Source: Dehalococcoidia bacterium
Lineage (GTDB): Bacteria; Chloroflexota; Dehalococcoidia; GIF9; AB-539-J10
Reading direction: 5' to 3'
NCBI GenBank assembly: GCA_007129495.1
Contig: SKVJ01000034.1
Span: 2,190 to 66,189, forward strand
DNA: 64,000 nucleotides
Shown: piece after piece, positions 55,805 to 64,000 of the stretch
How the letters are laid out: every line of letters begins with the position of its first letter
Position numbering within the stretch: position 1 is the first letter of the stretch
Notes under the pieces: generated by a model
Told to the model about the DNA's origin: nothing
What the model saw: only the letters and a program-made list of their open reading frames with translations
The model's database searches: none
Position numbers and translations under genes: made by a program

Positions 55805-56947
55805 CTACTCTGAAACTCCTTTAGGATCAGCCGTGAGGTCGGCGATGGTCATGCCCAGCGCCTTGGCAGCATCAAGCATCCCCTGGATGCCCGCCTCCGA
55901 CCCGGCTGCCAGGCAGAATTGCGACGAGTGGAGTGTGACTTCCACTGGAGCTATGGCTACTAATGGATGGATGGCCGGTACAAGTTGACTGACGACGGCG
56001 AAATCGGTGCTGCCGAACGCCTCACCCGGGTCAGTAAGGCGCATGCTGCGCCCCAGAGACAGCATGTTTCGCCTGAAAAGGCGGGCCAGAGTTCGATTGC
56101 TGCGAAGGGAAGGACAACGCATACCCCACTTGTATTCAAGGCGCGCGCCACTCGCCGTAGCGGCACCAACGAAACAGTTGAGGACCCGGTCCCGCAACTC
56201 AGCGAGGTAGTCATCCTCCACTGCGCGTACCATGAAGATGGCGGCACTGTAGGCGGGAACGGTATTGACCGCGTCGCCGCCGTGAGTAATGATTCCGTGG
56301 ATCCGGGCGGTTGATCTGATGCTCTGTCTGAGTGAATTGATCGCAGTGAAGGATTGAATCATTGCCTCAAGGGCATTAATGCCTTGTTCAGGGTGCGCGG
56401 CAGCGTGAGCCGGTTTCCCATAGAACTCCACCTCCAGGTTCTGGATAGCGAGGGCAAGAGGAGCAGCTATGTCTCGTGTCTCAAAGTGCACCATAACGGC
56501 CGCATCCACATCACTGAAGGTTCCCCTCTCCGCCAGCATGTTCTTGGCCCCGTATGTCTCTTCCGCGGGTGTGCCGATGACAAGAATACGGCCCCCGAAT
56601 TGGTCTATGGCTGCTCTGGCGGCGACGGCGGCTCCAACTGCACAGCCGGCTATCAGATTATGACCGCAGGCGTGACCGAGGCCGGGCAAAGCGTCATACT
56701 CGGCCAGGACGGCGATGACCGGACTCCCTTGCCCGTAGCTCGCCTTGAATGCAGTCGGCAACTCGCAGATCCCCGAATCGATGGAGAAACCGTTGTCTTT
56801 CAGGTACGCGCTCAGCCAGTTCGCTGCGTTGAGTTCGTGAAACCCCGTCTCGGGAGAGGAGTGGATTCGGAGCGCCAACTCTTTGAGCTCCTGGGACCGT
56901 GCGTCTATCTGGTTAACGAGTGCAGCCTTCAGCGTTCCTGCATCCAT
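55805..56947 (-). CDS. M20 family metallopeptidase / amidohydrolase (M20D, AbgB-like)
   Basis: Carries the metal-ligand region ALPGLGHACGHNL, GTPAEE and the dimerisation-domain pattern. RBS GGGAGGAG lies upstream. Confidence 0.8.
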   Translation of the reverse strand: MDAGTLKAALVNQIDARSQELKELALRIHSSPETGFHELNAANWLSAYLKDNGFSIDSGICELPTAFKASYGQGSPVIAVLAEYDALPGLGHACGHNLIAGCAVGAAVAARAAIDQFGGRILVIGTPAEETYGAKNMLAERGTFSDVDAAVMVHFETRDIAAPLALAIQNLEVEFYGKPAHAAAHPEQGINALEAMIQSFTAINSLRQSIRSTARIHGIITHGGDAVNTVPAYSAAIFMVRAVEDDYLAELRDRVLNCFVGAATASGARLEYKWGMRCPSLRSNRTLARLFRRNMLSLGRSMRLTDPGEAFGSTDFAVVSQLVPAIHPLVAIAPVEVTLHSSQFCLAAGSEAGIQGMLDAAKALGMTIADLTADPKGVSE

Positions 56948-57519
56948 GTCTCCTCCCGGGTTTCATGCATGAGTCATTCGTTCGAATATGTGATTTGGAT
57001 GTCGCATCGCTATTCGTGTTCTATTATGCACGTCACGGGGCCGATCCTCACAATCCGTGAGGTGAACTCCAATGTCAAGAGTGGGACAGTCCTTCCCTGG
57101 ATACTACCAGACGGCGATTGCGATATACATGGCATCAGACACTGTGCCCGTCTTTGTGGATATACATGCGAGGCACGATCGTTTTGTCACGTCAACTCAT
57201 GGTCACGTGATCGCAATCCATACTCGCTGAGTCGTCAGCGTCAATGATCACTTCCATGCACTTTCCCGTGCGGTGCATTGGCTCTCCCCTGGTGATCATG
57301 CAGACGAGGCTATGGTGGGTGCTCGCGAAGAGTCCCGTTCTCTAGAATCGGAGTACACCCCCACGATCCTCACCAATCAGGCGGTCAGGGAAGACGAAGC
57401 GCGGCATACAGCGGTGGGAACTCCGTTTGGCCTTCCGGCTGGTGGCGCGTTATTATCCTGCAACCGGCTCCCGGCCGAAGTCGTGTCAGTGTGAAGGTAG
57501 ACCGGTGTTTACGCGACAG

Positions 57520-58527
57520 ATGATGAATATTGGACGCAGAGTGATCACCCTGACCTGTTGCGGTCTCCTGACCCTGATGGTCTTCGCCACCGGCTGCGCG
57601 GTCGAGGCGGAAGAGCCGGAGGAGATAGATCCCGGGGTCGCAGCGCTGATAGAGACCCTGCTTCATGACGAAGACCCTTCAGAGCGGAGATTTGCTGCTG
57701 TATCTCTGGGGCAACGAGGGGAGGCCAGTGCTGTGCCCGCACTTCTTCAGGCGTTACGCGAGGATGAGGACCGGGGCGTCCGTACTCAGGCAGTGCTGGC
57801 GCTGGGTCTGATCGGCGATCCGGAGGCGATGGATGACCTGGTAAAGGCCCTTGAGGATGAACACGAGGATATGAGGAGGCAGGCGGCGCGGGCCCTCGGC
57901 GAAATGGGAAATGAGGAAGCACTGCAACCATTGTATTCGTCGTTGAGGGGAGACACGTCTCCATTCGTGCGGAACTCTGCGGCATGGGCTCTCGGAGAGA
58001 TCGGCTCCGCTGATGCAGTTGAGGTATTGGTAGAGTCGCTGGAAACCGACAGTTCCAGCCATGTGCGACATGGTGTGGTTGCGGCGCTGGGAGAGATCGG
58101 TGCTCAAGAAGCCATCGAACCCCTGATCGGTGTACTTCAGAAGACGGACGCCAGATTGAGGTGGGAGGCGGTCAGAGCGCTGAGTGGAATGGGGCAGGCG
58201 GCAATGCAACCGCTGATGCTGACACTGCACGAAGGACCCGGCGACAGCCCATGGTTTGCCGCGTTTGCACTGGAGAAGATCGGTGTCCCAGAGGCGATGG
58301 AGGAAATAGACCGGTTTCTGCTCGAGAGGAACATCGATCTGCGAGAAGTGAGGGAGAACTACAGGGCTCAATGGCCCTACGAGGTGATGGTGCTGGTGCT
58401 GGAACGCTATGGAACCAGGGAAATGGCGGAGTACTACATGGGACTGAGTGTGGACGCGTTCGACAACGCGGACCAGTGGTTCATCGTTACTGAGGCGGCC
58501 CGGGCCTGGATTAGAGTGCATAGCTAG
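57520..58527 (+). CDS. HEAT-repeat (PBS-lyase-type) protein, probable lipoprotein
   Basis: Start trimmed to MMNIGRRVITLTCCGLLTLMVFATGC (signal plus lipobox). It has repeated D....VR..A..ALG.IG....A...L...L units. Confidence 0.75.
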   Translation: MMNIGRRVITLTCCGLLTLMVFATGCAVEAEEPEEIDPGVAALIETLLHDEDPSERRFAAVSLGQRGEASAVPALLQALREDEDRGVRTQAVLALGLIGDPEAMDDLVKALEDEHEDMRRQAARALGEMGNEEALQPLYSSLRGDTSPFVRNSAAWALGEIGSADAVEVLVESLETDSSSHVRHGVVAALGEIGAQEAIEPLIGVLQKTDARLRWEAVRALSGMGQAAMQPLMLTLHEGPGDSPWFAAFALEKIGVPEAMEEIDRFLLERNIDLREVRENYRAQWPYEVMVLVLERYGTREMAEYYMGLSVDAFDNADQWFIVTEAARAWIRVHS

Positions 58528-58680
58528 GCACGGTTGCGCGTACCAGGTCGGCATTGCAGGTAGCGGATACTCTGCGCAGCATGGGTCCGTTCGAGCCTCA
58601 CAGGCTACCGCTGGGCGAGATGGAGTACACTACCGTGCCCGAGGTGAGTAAGAGAATGGAATCGAGGTTTGAACCGATAG

Positions 58681-59301
58681 TTGGCACCTAGACTGAAGCT
58701 TCTTATCGCAAGTGCGAACCGGGGTAAGGTCTCCGAGTATCGTACGCTGCTGGATGGATTGGACCTCGAGTTGCTGTCGGTTCAGGACGCAGGCATAACG
58801 GGTGAGGTTGAGGAAACCGGCAGCACATATGAAGAGAACGCAAGGCTGAAAGCGGTTACGTGTGCGATGCAGTCCGGATTGCTCACACTGGCGGACGATT
58901 CCGGATTGGAGGTCGACGCCCTCTATGGTGAGCCAGGGGTACGTTCTGCACGCTACGCTGGCGAGAACGCCACTGATCAAGAACGGGTGGCATACCTCCT
59001 GAAGAGGCTCGAAGGTGTGCCTGAGGAACGCCGTGGCGCACGTTTTGTATGTGTTATCGCCATCGCTACCCGTGAAGGTAACGTAACGTTCTGTCACGGC
59101 GAATGCTCGGGCAGCATTGTGTTCGAGCCCCGCGGCGACAGAGGGTTTGGCTACGATCCGGCCTTCCTGCTCCCCGGACTCGGAATCACCATGGCGGAGT
59201 TGCCGCCCGAAGAGAAGAACCGTCTCAGTCACCGTGGAAGGGCGGCCGCTGCGGCACGGGAAGTACTTAGGGAATTCGTTGACGCTGACACTCCCCGATA
59301 G
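58681..59301 (+). CDS. rdgB: Non-canonical purine NTP pyrophosphatase (RdgB/HAM1 family)
   Basis: Carries LLIASANRGKVSEY, FEENA.LKA, ADDSGLEVDAL.G.PG..SARY and GFGYDP.F motifs. Has a TTG start. Confidence 0.85.
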   Translation: MAPRLKLLIASANRGKVSEYRTLLDGLDLELLSVQDAGITGEVEETGSTYEENARLKAVTCAMQSGLLTLADDSGLEVDALYGEPGVRSARYAGENATDQERVAYLLKRLEGVPEERRGARFVCVIAIATREGNVTFCHGECSGSIVFEPRGDRGFGYDPAFLLPGLGITMAELPPEEKNRLSHRGRAAAAAREVLREFVDADTPR

Positions 59302-59337
59302 TATGATTAGCGTCCCCTATTTCGAGGAGGTGGCCGG

Positions 59338-60471
59338 ATGAGAATATCGTGTCTCCAGGAGAATCTGAGTCGTGGTCTTGGTACGGTGGGCCGGTCGGTC
59401 GCCGTCAGGTCAACGTTGCCGGTGGCGCAGAACATACTCCTCGTTGCTGAAGAATCGCGTCTCAAGCTCGTCGCTACCAACCTCGAGATGGCAACCACCT
59501 GCTGGGTCGGCGCGAAGGTCGAAGAAGAGGGCAGCATCACCGTGCCTGCCCGGTTGCTGACGGAGTTCGTCAATTCGCTGCCGAATGAACTTGTCCACAT
59601 CGAGATGCCCGCGGGCGGCAGGACTGTACAGTTCACCTGTGGACGTTTTCAGGCGCATGTGAACGGGATCGATGCAGAGGACTTCCCACCGGTCCCCGAC
59701 GTGTCGGACGGCGTGACTGCCGAAGTGGAGGCTGACGGATTGCGCGAGGGTATCTCGCGTGTCTCCATGGCGGCTGCCACCGATGAGTCTAGGCCCGTTC
59801 TCACCGGCATCAACCTTGAGTTCGAAGGGGAGCGGCTGACCCTTGCGGCGGCTGACGGCTTTCGACTCGCGGTCTATAAGTTGCCGCTGGCGAAGGCCGT
59901 GGACGGCAAAACCACAGTCATTGTTCCGGCGAAGACTCTGAATGAGGTCAACCGTCTGCTTGGCGATCAGCAGGACCCGGTTCACGTAACGGTGAATGAC
60001 CAGAAGAGCCAGGCGCTGATACGTCTCAACAATGCCGAGATCGTCACCCAGCTGATTCAGGGCACGTTTCCGAATTATTCGCAGGTCATACCAACGAAGT
60101 ATGATACCAGAGCCGTGGTTGAAGTTGGTGAGTTCACCCGCGTGGCGCGCATGGGTTCTGTGTTCGCGCGCGATGCAAGCAACATCGTTCGCCTGCTGAT
60201 TACGCCAGGAGGAGAGATGAAACCCGGCAAGATTACTGTGACGGCGCAGGCCGAGGAAGTTGGCGACAATACTGGCGACCTGGACGCACTGGTGGATGGT
60301 AACGAAGCGAAGATCGCTTTCAATGTTAAGTATGTGCTGGATGTGCTGGGCGTTGTGAAGCAGTCGCAGGTTGCCGTTGAGGTAACCACTCCATCCAGCC
60401 CCGGCGTAATTCGACCCATCGGCAGTGATAACTACGTGCATGTAATAATGCCGATGTTTGTTCAATGGTAG
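59338..60471 (+). CDS. dnaN: DNA polymerase III beta subunit (sliding clamp)
   Basis: The length and three-domain pattern match DnaN. It has MRISCLQENL...PVAQNILL, ATNLEM, RPVLTGI and PVM-type segments. RBS GAGGAGG lies upstream. Confidence 0.9.
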   Translation: MRISCLQENLSRGLGTVGRSVAVRSTLPVAQNILLVAEESRLKLVATNLEMATTCWVGAKVEEEGSITVPARLLTEFVNSLPNELVHIEMPAGGRTVQFTCGRFQAHVNGIDAEDFPPVPDVSDGVTAEVEADGLREGISRVSMAAATDESRPVLTGINLEFEGERLTLAAADGFRLAVYKLPLAKAVDGKTTVIVPAKTLNEVNRLLGDQQDPVHVTVNDQKSQALIRLNNAEIVTQLIQGTFPNYSQVIPTKYDTRAVVEVGEFTRVARMGSVFARDASNIVRLLITPGGEMKPGKITVTAQAEEVGDNTGDLDALVDGNEAKIAFNVKYVLDVLGVVKQSQVAVEVTTPSSPGVIRPIGSDNYVHVIMPMFVQW

Positions 60472-60498
60472 ACACCTTCCGAGCCTAACGGTCAAGGG

Positions 60499-60535
60499 CA
60501 AGAGGGGCGTCGAAGTAACGCCCCTTGTCTTTGAT
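60499..60535 (+). terminator. Terminator candidate after dnaN
   Basis: Stem GGGGCGT / ACGCCCC, extended by CAAG/CTTG with one bulge, followed by TCTTTGATAT. Confidence 0.4.
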
Positions 60536-61009
60536 ATGTCGTGCAACAGGTCACTGATATTGGCCCGGCCGGTTCGGGTTCGGTGCGCAACCAGTCCTTG
60601 CATCCCGTGAATGCTCCTTCCGCTCCTTCACGCGGTGTGGTGTGTCTCGGCCATGACCTGTTTGAACCATGTCTTCAACCAGTTTAAGATCCCAAAATCT
60701 CCAGCCTCTGCCAGTCTCTCTCTTGCCGCCTGTCGGCTGTCCGCAACTACGCTAATCAACGCAACGGCTATCCAGGGTGGCTTCATTTGCTTGGGCCAGT
60801 AATGCGCTTCGGATCCGTACATCAGCTTCGTTCTGGTCTTCCTCTTCACCACGTCTTGCTCCACTTTATCAGTCACTGCCGAACATCTTGGACGCCCTGC
60901 ATGTTACTCTCCTTGCCCTTTAGGTGCCATCTTGACACAGGCACTGCGCACGAATAGAGTTATGCAGGTACCCGGGGTCCCGGCCTTGCCGGGACACAGG
61001 AGGAGTAGA

Positions 61010-61621
61010 GTGTATTGTTCCAAATGCGGCAAGGAAGTGGATGAGTCCAGTGAGTTCTGTAAGCATTGCGGCGCCCGTCTGGCCGGGGACACACCGGAGG
61101 CCGAGCCGAAACTGTCAGCAGAACACGCGGAGGCCGTTCCCACTTACGAAAAGCCCAAAATGATCCCCCCGGACATGATAGAGAGGAATGAGCGGATGGT
61201 CTTTGAGACGCACCCGAGCAAGATGGAGGCCTTCTTCAAGTACATTGCTGGCGGCATACTTCTCATAGCAGGCGGCATCGCCCTGATGGTTCTTCTGGGC
61301 TGGGTTATCTTCGGCTGGGTGCTTATCGGGGCCGGGGCCATCATCGGCCTGATAGGCTTCATCAAGTGGCGCTCTGTCATCTACGGCCTCACCACAGACC
61401 GCATAATAGTGCTCAGCGGGATCCTTTCGAAACACCTCTATGAAAACCGGCTTGACAGAGTACAGGATATCAGGATGGATATCAGCATCAGGCAGCGCAT
61501 CTTCAACTACGGCGATATCTCCATAACGACTGCCGGCACAGGGGGTGTCGAGTACATATGGAGAAACATCCCTGAACCCCGCAAGAGACAGAGGCAGCTC
61601 AGGACAGTAGTGGCGGGATGA
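61010..61621 (+). CDS. Zinc-ribbon plus bacterial PH-domain (bPH_2/YdbT-like) membrane protein
   Basis: GTG start lies after AGGAGGAG. The N-terminal region is YCSKCG...FCKHCG. Two TM helices follow, then the bPH_2 pattern YGLTTDRIIV..G......E..L.R.QDI...ISI.QRIFNYGDI. Confidence 0.7.
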   Translation: MYCSKCGKEVDESSEFCKHCGARLAGDTPEAEPKLSAEHAEAVPTYEKPKMIPPDMIERNERMVFETHPSKMEAFFKYIAGGILLIAGGIALMVLLGWVIFGWVLIGAGAIIGLIGFIKWRSVIYGLTTDRIIVLSGILSKHLYENRLDRVQDIRMDISIRQRIFNYGDISITTAGTGGVEYIWRNIPEPRKRQRQLRTVVAG

Positions 61622-61925
61622 ACGACTGGGGTCCTTCACATGGGTCGCATCACCTTCGCGATTCAGGCAGAGTGGAACTGAATCGACAATTACCTGACGG
61701 ACCCCGTGGATGCACTGCGGCGGCCAGAGCAAACCTTCCTGCGATGGAGTAACGCACCTTCTGTGGCAACCGCGGCCCAATCCCTCGGTTTCGACCCGAA
61801 CCAACGCTCCGCAAAAGGCTGCATCGCTCGGAAAGCCAAAGCCACCGCCTTACACTGATATCAATCAGGGTGTGGTAGCATTCTTACAATGACAAGAACT
61901 CATTAGATGACGAGGTGTGTGAACC

Positions 61926-63218
61926 ATGGACAGAAGCGAAGATCCTCTTCACTGCTTGAACAGTTTTCCTCTAATGAAGGCGATTTTTGGCCGGCGTTCA
62001 CGTCGTTTTGGACTGGGAATGGAAATTCCTTCGGGACCGCTGGCTTTTCGATCCCGCAAGAATCCTCTTCCCCTAACTGAGCTCGAGAAGTACATCCTCG
62101 TTGCAGCCGCAACGGGTGTTACGGGATGGAGTTTTGGTGTTCCCTTCGGGCCTAACAAGCCGGATTCCCATGCAGACTTCACGGTGCGTTTTACAGGCCG
62201 CACAACACCCACACCGGCAGGAATTGGAACCCCGGCCCTTTTCTTTACAGATGACGAAGGGTGTTACGTCACAAGAACCCGTGATGTTAGACCGGACCGA
62301 CTCCGAGAATTTGAAAACGGTGAAGGTGATATCAGAAGAATCATTGCTGTTTGCCGGGAGCACACAACCCGCTATAAGGAGGTTCGACTGGACCTGCCCG
62401 CTCAACCTCCTCATATGCTTCCCCCCAACCTGTGGATGGTTAATAAGCCTGGTTCAACTATATTTATGCCTGTCAGCGATGCCAGTGAGCAGTTCATCGC
62501 GATTTTGGCCCTGGCTGCAAGCAATGGCGTAATGCTGGTCGACCACGAGACCGGCCAGCCTGCAGGTAATCTCGCCCCCTTCGTCCGTTCCGGTCTGCTG
62601 AACGAGGCCAAGCGGATCACCCTTGCCGAGATGCAGGCAAACGTCTATGAAGCCTGTTGCCAGGAAACCGCCTTCATGGCTCATAATATCGTTCTGACGA
62701 TGCAGGCAATGGGAGTGGGTGGCCTGTTTTTTGCGGGTATTGACCGCTGGAGCGTGCTTGGTGCCCGCGCCGACCAGGGGATCGAGGGGTTGGGGTTTCG
62801 GTTTGTTATGGATGAGCGCTGGCAGTTTCCGAATCCCGTTGGCTTAGATGGTATCTACGAAGCACTGTGTCCCCCCTACTATCCGGATATGTACGCCGCA
62901 GTGGCAGCCTTCGCCGAACGGAAGTTCGGGCGGAACGGCGCCTACAATCCGGAACTGCCGGGACCGTGGAAAGACAGCGCCGGAGTAAAAGGCAGCGTTA
63001 CCCCCTATAGTCGGGATTTCATCGACTGCCTTGGCGAAATGGCCCAGTATGTCTACGATAAGTTTGGCAAGTTTCCGGGGACCTTGACCACGATCGTGCT
63101 CCCCGGATATGTTCAGACAGTGCATATCGACACTGAATATTACGACAAATACTACAAACCGGGTGCCTACCTGCACTCTCACACGGAGCATATGAAAGTG
63201 TGGCACGGTGACGAATGA
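61926..63218 (+). CDS. Hypothetical protein, possibly an enlarged nitroreductase-superfamily fold
   Basis: A 430-aa ORF with RBS GAGGTG. AIFGRRSRRF resembles the nitroreductase N-terminal RRSxRxF signature, and AHNIVLTMQAMGVGG resembles the C-terminal helix. I am unsure of the family assignment. Confidence 0.6.
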   Translation: MDRSEDPLHCLNSFPLMKAIFGRRSRRFGLGMEIPSGPLAFRSRKNPLPLTELEKYILVAAATGVTGWSFGVPFGPNKPDSHADFTVRFTGRTTPTPAGIGTPALFFTDDEGCYVTRTRDVRPDRLREFENGEGDIRRIIAVCREHTTRYKEVRLDLPAQPPHMLPPNLWMVNKPGSTIFMPVSDASEQFIAILALAASNGVMLVDHETGQPAGNLAPFVRSGLLNEAKRITLAEMQANVYEACCQETAFMAHNIVLTMQAMGVGGLFFAGIDRWSVLGARADQGIEGLGFRFVMDERWQFPNPVGLDGIYEALCPPYYPDMYAAVAAFAERKFGRNGAYNPELPGPWKDSAGVKGSVTPYSRDFIDCLGEMAQYVYDKFGKFPGTLTTIVLPGYVQTVHIDTEYYDKYYKPGAYLHSHTEHMKVWHGDE

Positions 63219-63708
63219 ACTAGCAGGAATATCTAATCAACAATGTATACGTAGACGCGCCAGTACAAGAATGGAGAGGTTCGATCTAAAATGTGACATG
63301 GAGGAAGAATCATTGACGTTCCCCCCTTGGACAACCCAGCGCCCCGCCCCCAACCCAATCATTCCTTGAATCCGGGTTCGATCCATTCAGGTCTGCAAAG
63401 CGGCTGGCTGATATTCTATGCCTGACATTGAGAGGCGTCCATTAGAAAGCTCCTCGCAAAGTCGTATGAGGGTATCGTCATCCACCCGGTGCCATCCGTC
63501 GCCCCAGGCAACCTGTCACGGCTGCTCTCTCCCGCAATCGAGGTAGTATCTGGTGACCATCCTGCCTTCGCCCGCTCGGTCAGCCTGTATAGGTAGCTGT
63601 GGCTGGCAGAGCAAGCCTCCCGATGAAGGATGTCTTCTCGTTGTCCTGCCTGTCACTATGAAGGTAAGTCTCAGGTTAGATAGCTCATACTAGTGGAGGT
63701 AATAACGA

Positions 63709-63894
63709 ATGCCAGTGATAACTGTTGAAGCACTTCCGGGACGCACCACCGAACAGAAGCGGGGCCTCGTGAAGGACATGACCGACGCCGTAACCAGGAA
63801 CTTCAAGTGCGAGCCTGAGGCCGTGACCATCATCATTCACGAGATCAGCGAGGAACACCTGGCGAAGGCTGGCAAGCTGCGAATCGACTGGTAG
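63709..63894 (+). CDS. 4-oxalocrotonate tautomerase family protein
   Basis: MPVITVEALPGRTTEQKRGLVKDMTDAV has the catalytic Pro1 and the typical ~61-aa length. RBS GGAGG lies upstream. Confidence 0.8.
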   Translation: MPVITVEALPGRTTEQKRGLVKDMTDAVTRNFKCEPEAVTIIIHEISEEHLAKAGKLRIDW

Positions 63895-64000
63895 TACGCG
63901 CGTGATGGCATGGAACAACAACCATTGCGACGTTTGTCCGAAGCTTGATTACGGGGCAGGGGAGTCAGGATCACCGTAGGCCTCCACAGGTTGGAGGGTA

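Noticed and set aside
58528-60930. dnaN as a marker of the replication origin.
   Set aside because: No dnaA gene flanks it; rdgB lies upstream. I saw no cluster of TTATCCACA-like boxes nearby. The only near-match is a single one at about 57154, and there is no AT-rich unwinding region.
63374-63384. GGGTTCGATCC, which resembles a tRNA T-arm/T-loop.
   Set aside because: The flanking bases do not form a T-stem, acceptor stem or anticodon arm, so this is not a tRNA or a clear tRNA fragment. I found no tRNA or rRNA anywhere in the window.
1-64000. A search for CRISPR arrays, transposases or integrases, toxin-antitoxin pairs and recognisable defence-system genes.
   Set aside because: I saw no regularly spaced short repeats and no DDE/serine/tyrosine recombinase-like ORFs. 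I also found no nuclease/ATPase/methyltransferase combinations. The only defence- or mobile-like trace is the helicase remnant at 44666-45250.

Overview
This 64-kb chromosomal segment comes from a moderately GC-rich bacterium. Most genes carry clear GGAGG-type ribosome-binding sites, which I used to trim the starts in the ORF track. I could not run any homology search, so every family call rests on motifs and architectures I recognise by eye.

The window has three parts.

(1) 1-18.6 kb is a dense acid/lactone catabolic block:
- a TRAP permease
- an AbfD-like Fe-S dehydratase
- two SDRs and an epimerase
- a phosphotriesterase-family hydrolase
- a glycerate 2-kinase
- an atypical enolase paralog
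- an IlvD/Edd dehydratase
- a C_GCAxxG_C_C protein
- five UxaA/GarD/SuyB-family large-subunit paralogs, with only one SAF small subunit

(2) 19-43 kb mixes transporters with redox genes:
- transporters: two MFS, an LctP permease and a ZIP
- two tandem ~470-aa paralogs of unrecognisable family, directly downstream of the LctP permease
- a glutaredoxin-like gene translationally coupled to a ferredoxin:thioredoxin-reductase/rubredoxin fusion
- prfC
- an unannotated 47-aa zinc-ribbon gene
- an EtfB-EtfA-GlcD-like oxidase cluster

(3) 43-64 kb is mostly housekeeping (cca, ispE, rsmA, rdgB, dnaN) with small accessory genes. It also contains a gene-poor stretch in which a ~150-bp direct repeat pair brackets a lipoprotein gene. 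That lipoprotein ends in Gly8-CRGCG.

I found no rRNA, tRNA, CRISPR array, transposase or integrase. The gene content (paralogous dehydratase expansion, a DUF5679-type zinc ribbon, an FTR-rubredoxin fusion) is reminiscent of Chloroflexota, possibly marine SAR202-like. That taxonomic guess is a low-confidence inference.

The most interesting candidates for new biology are:
- the SAF-less UxaA-like paralog set
- the tandem unknown paralogs
- the repeat-bracketed lipoprotein
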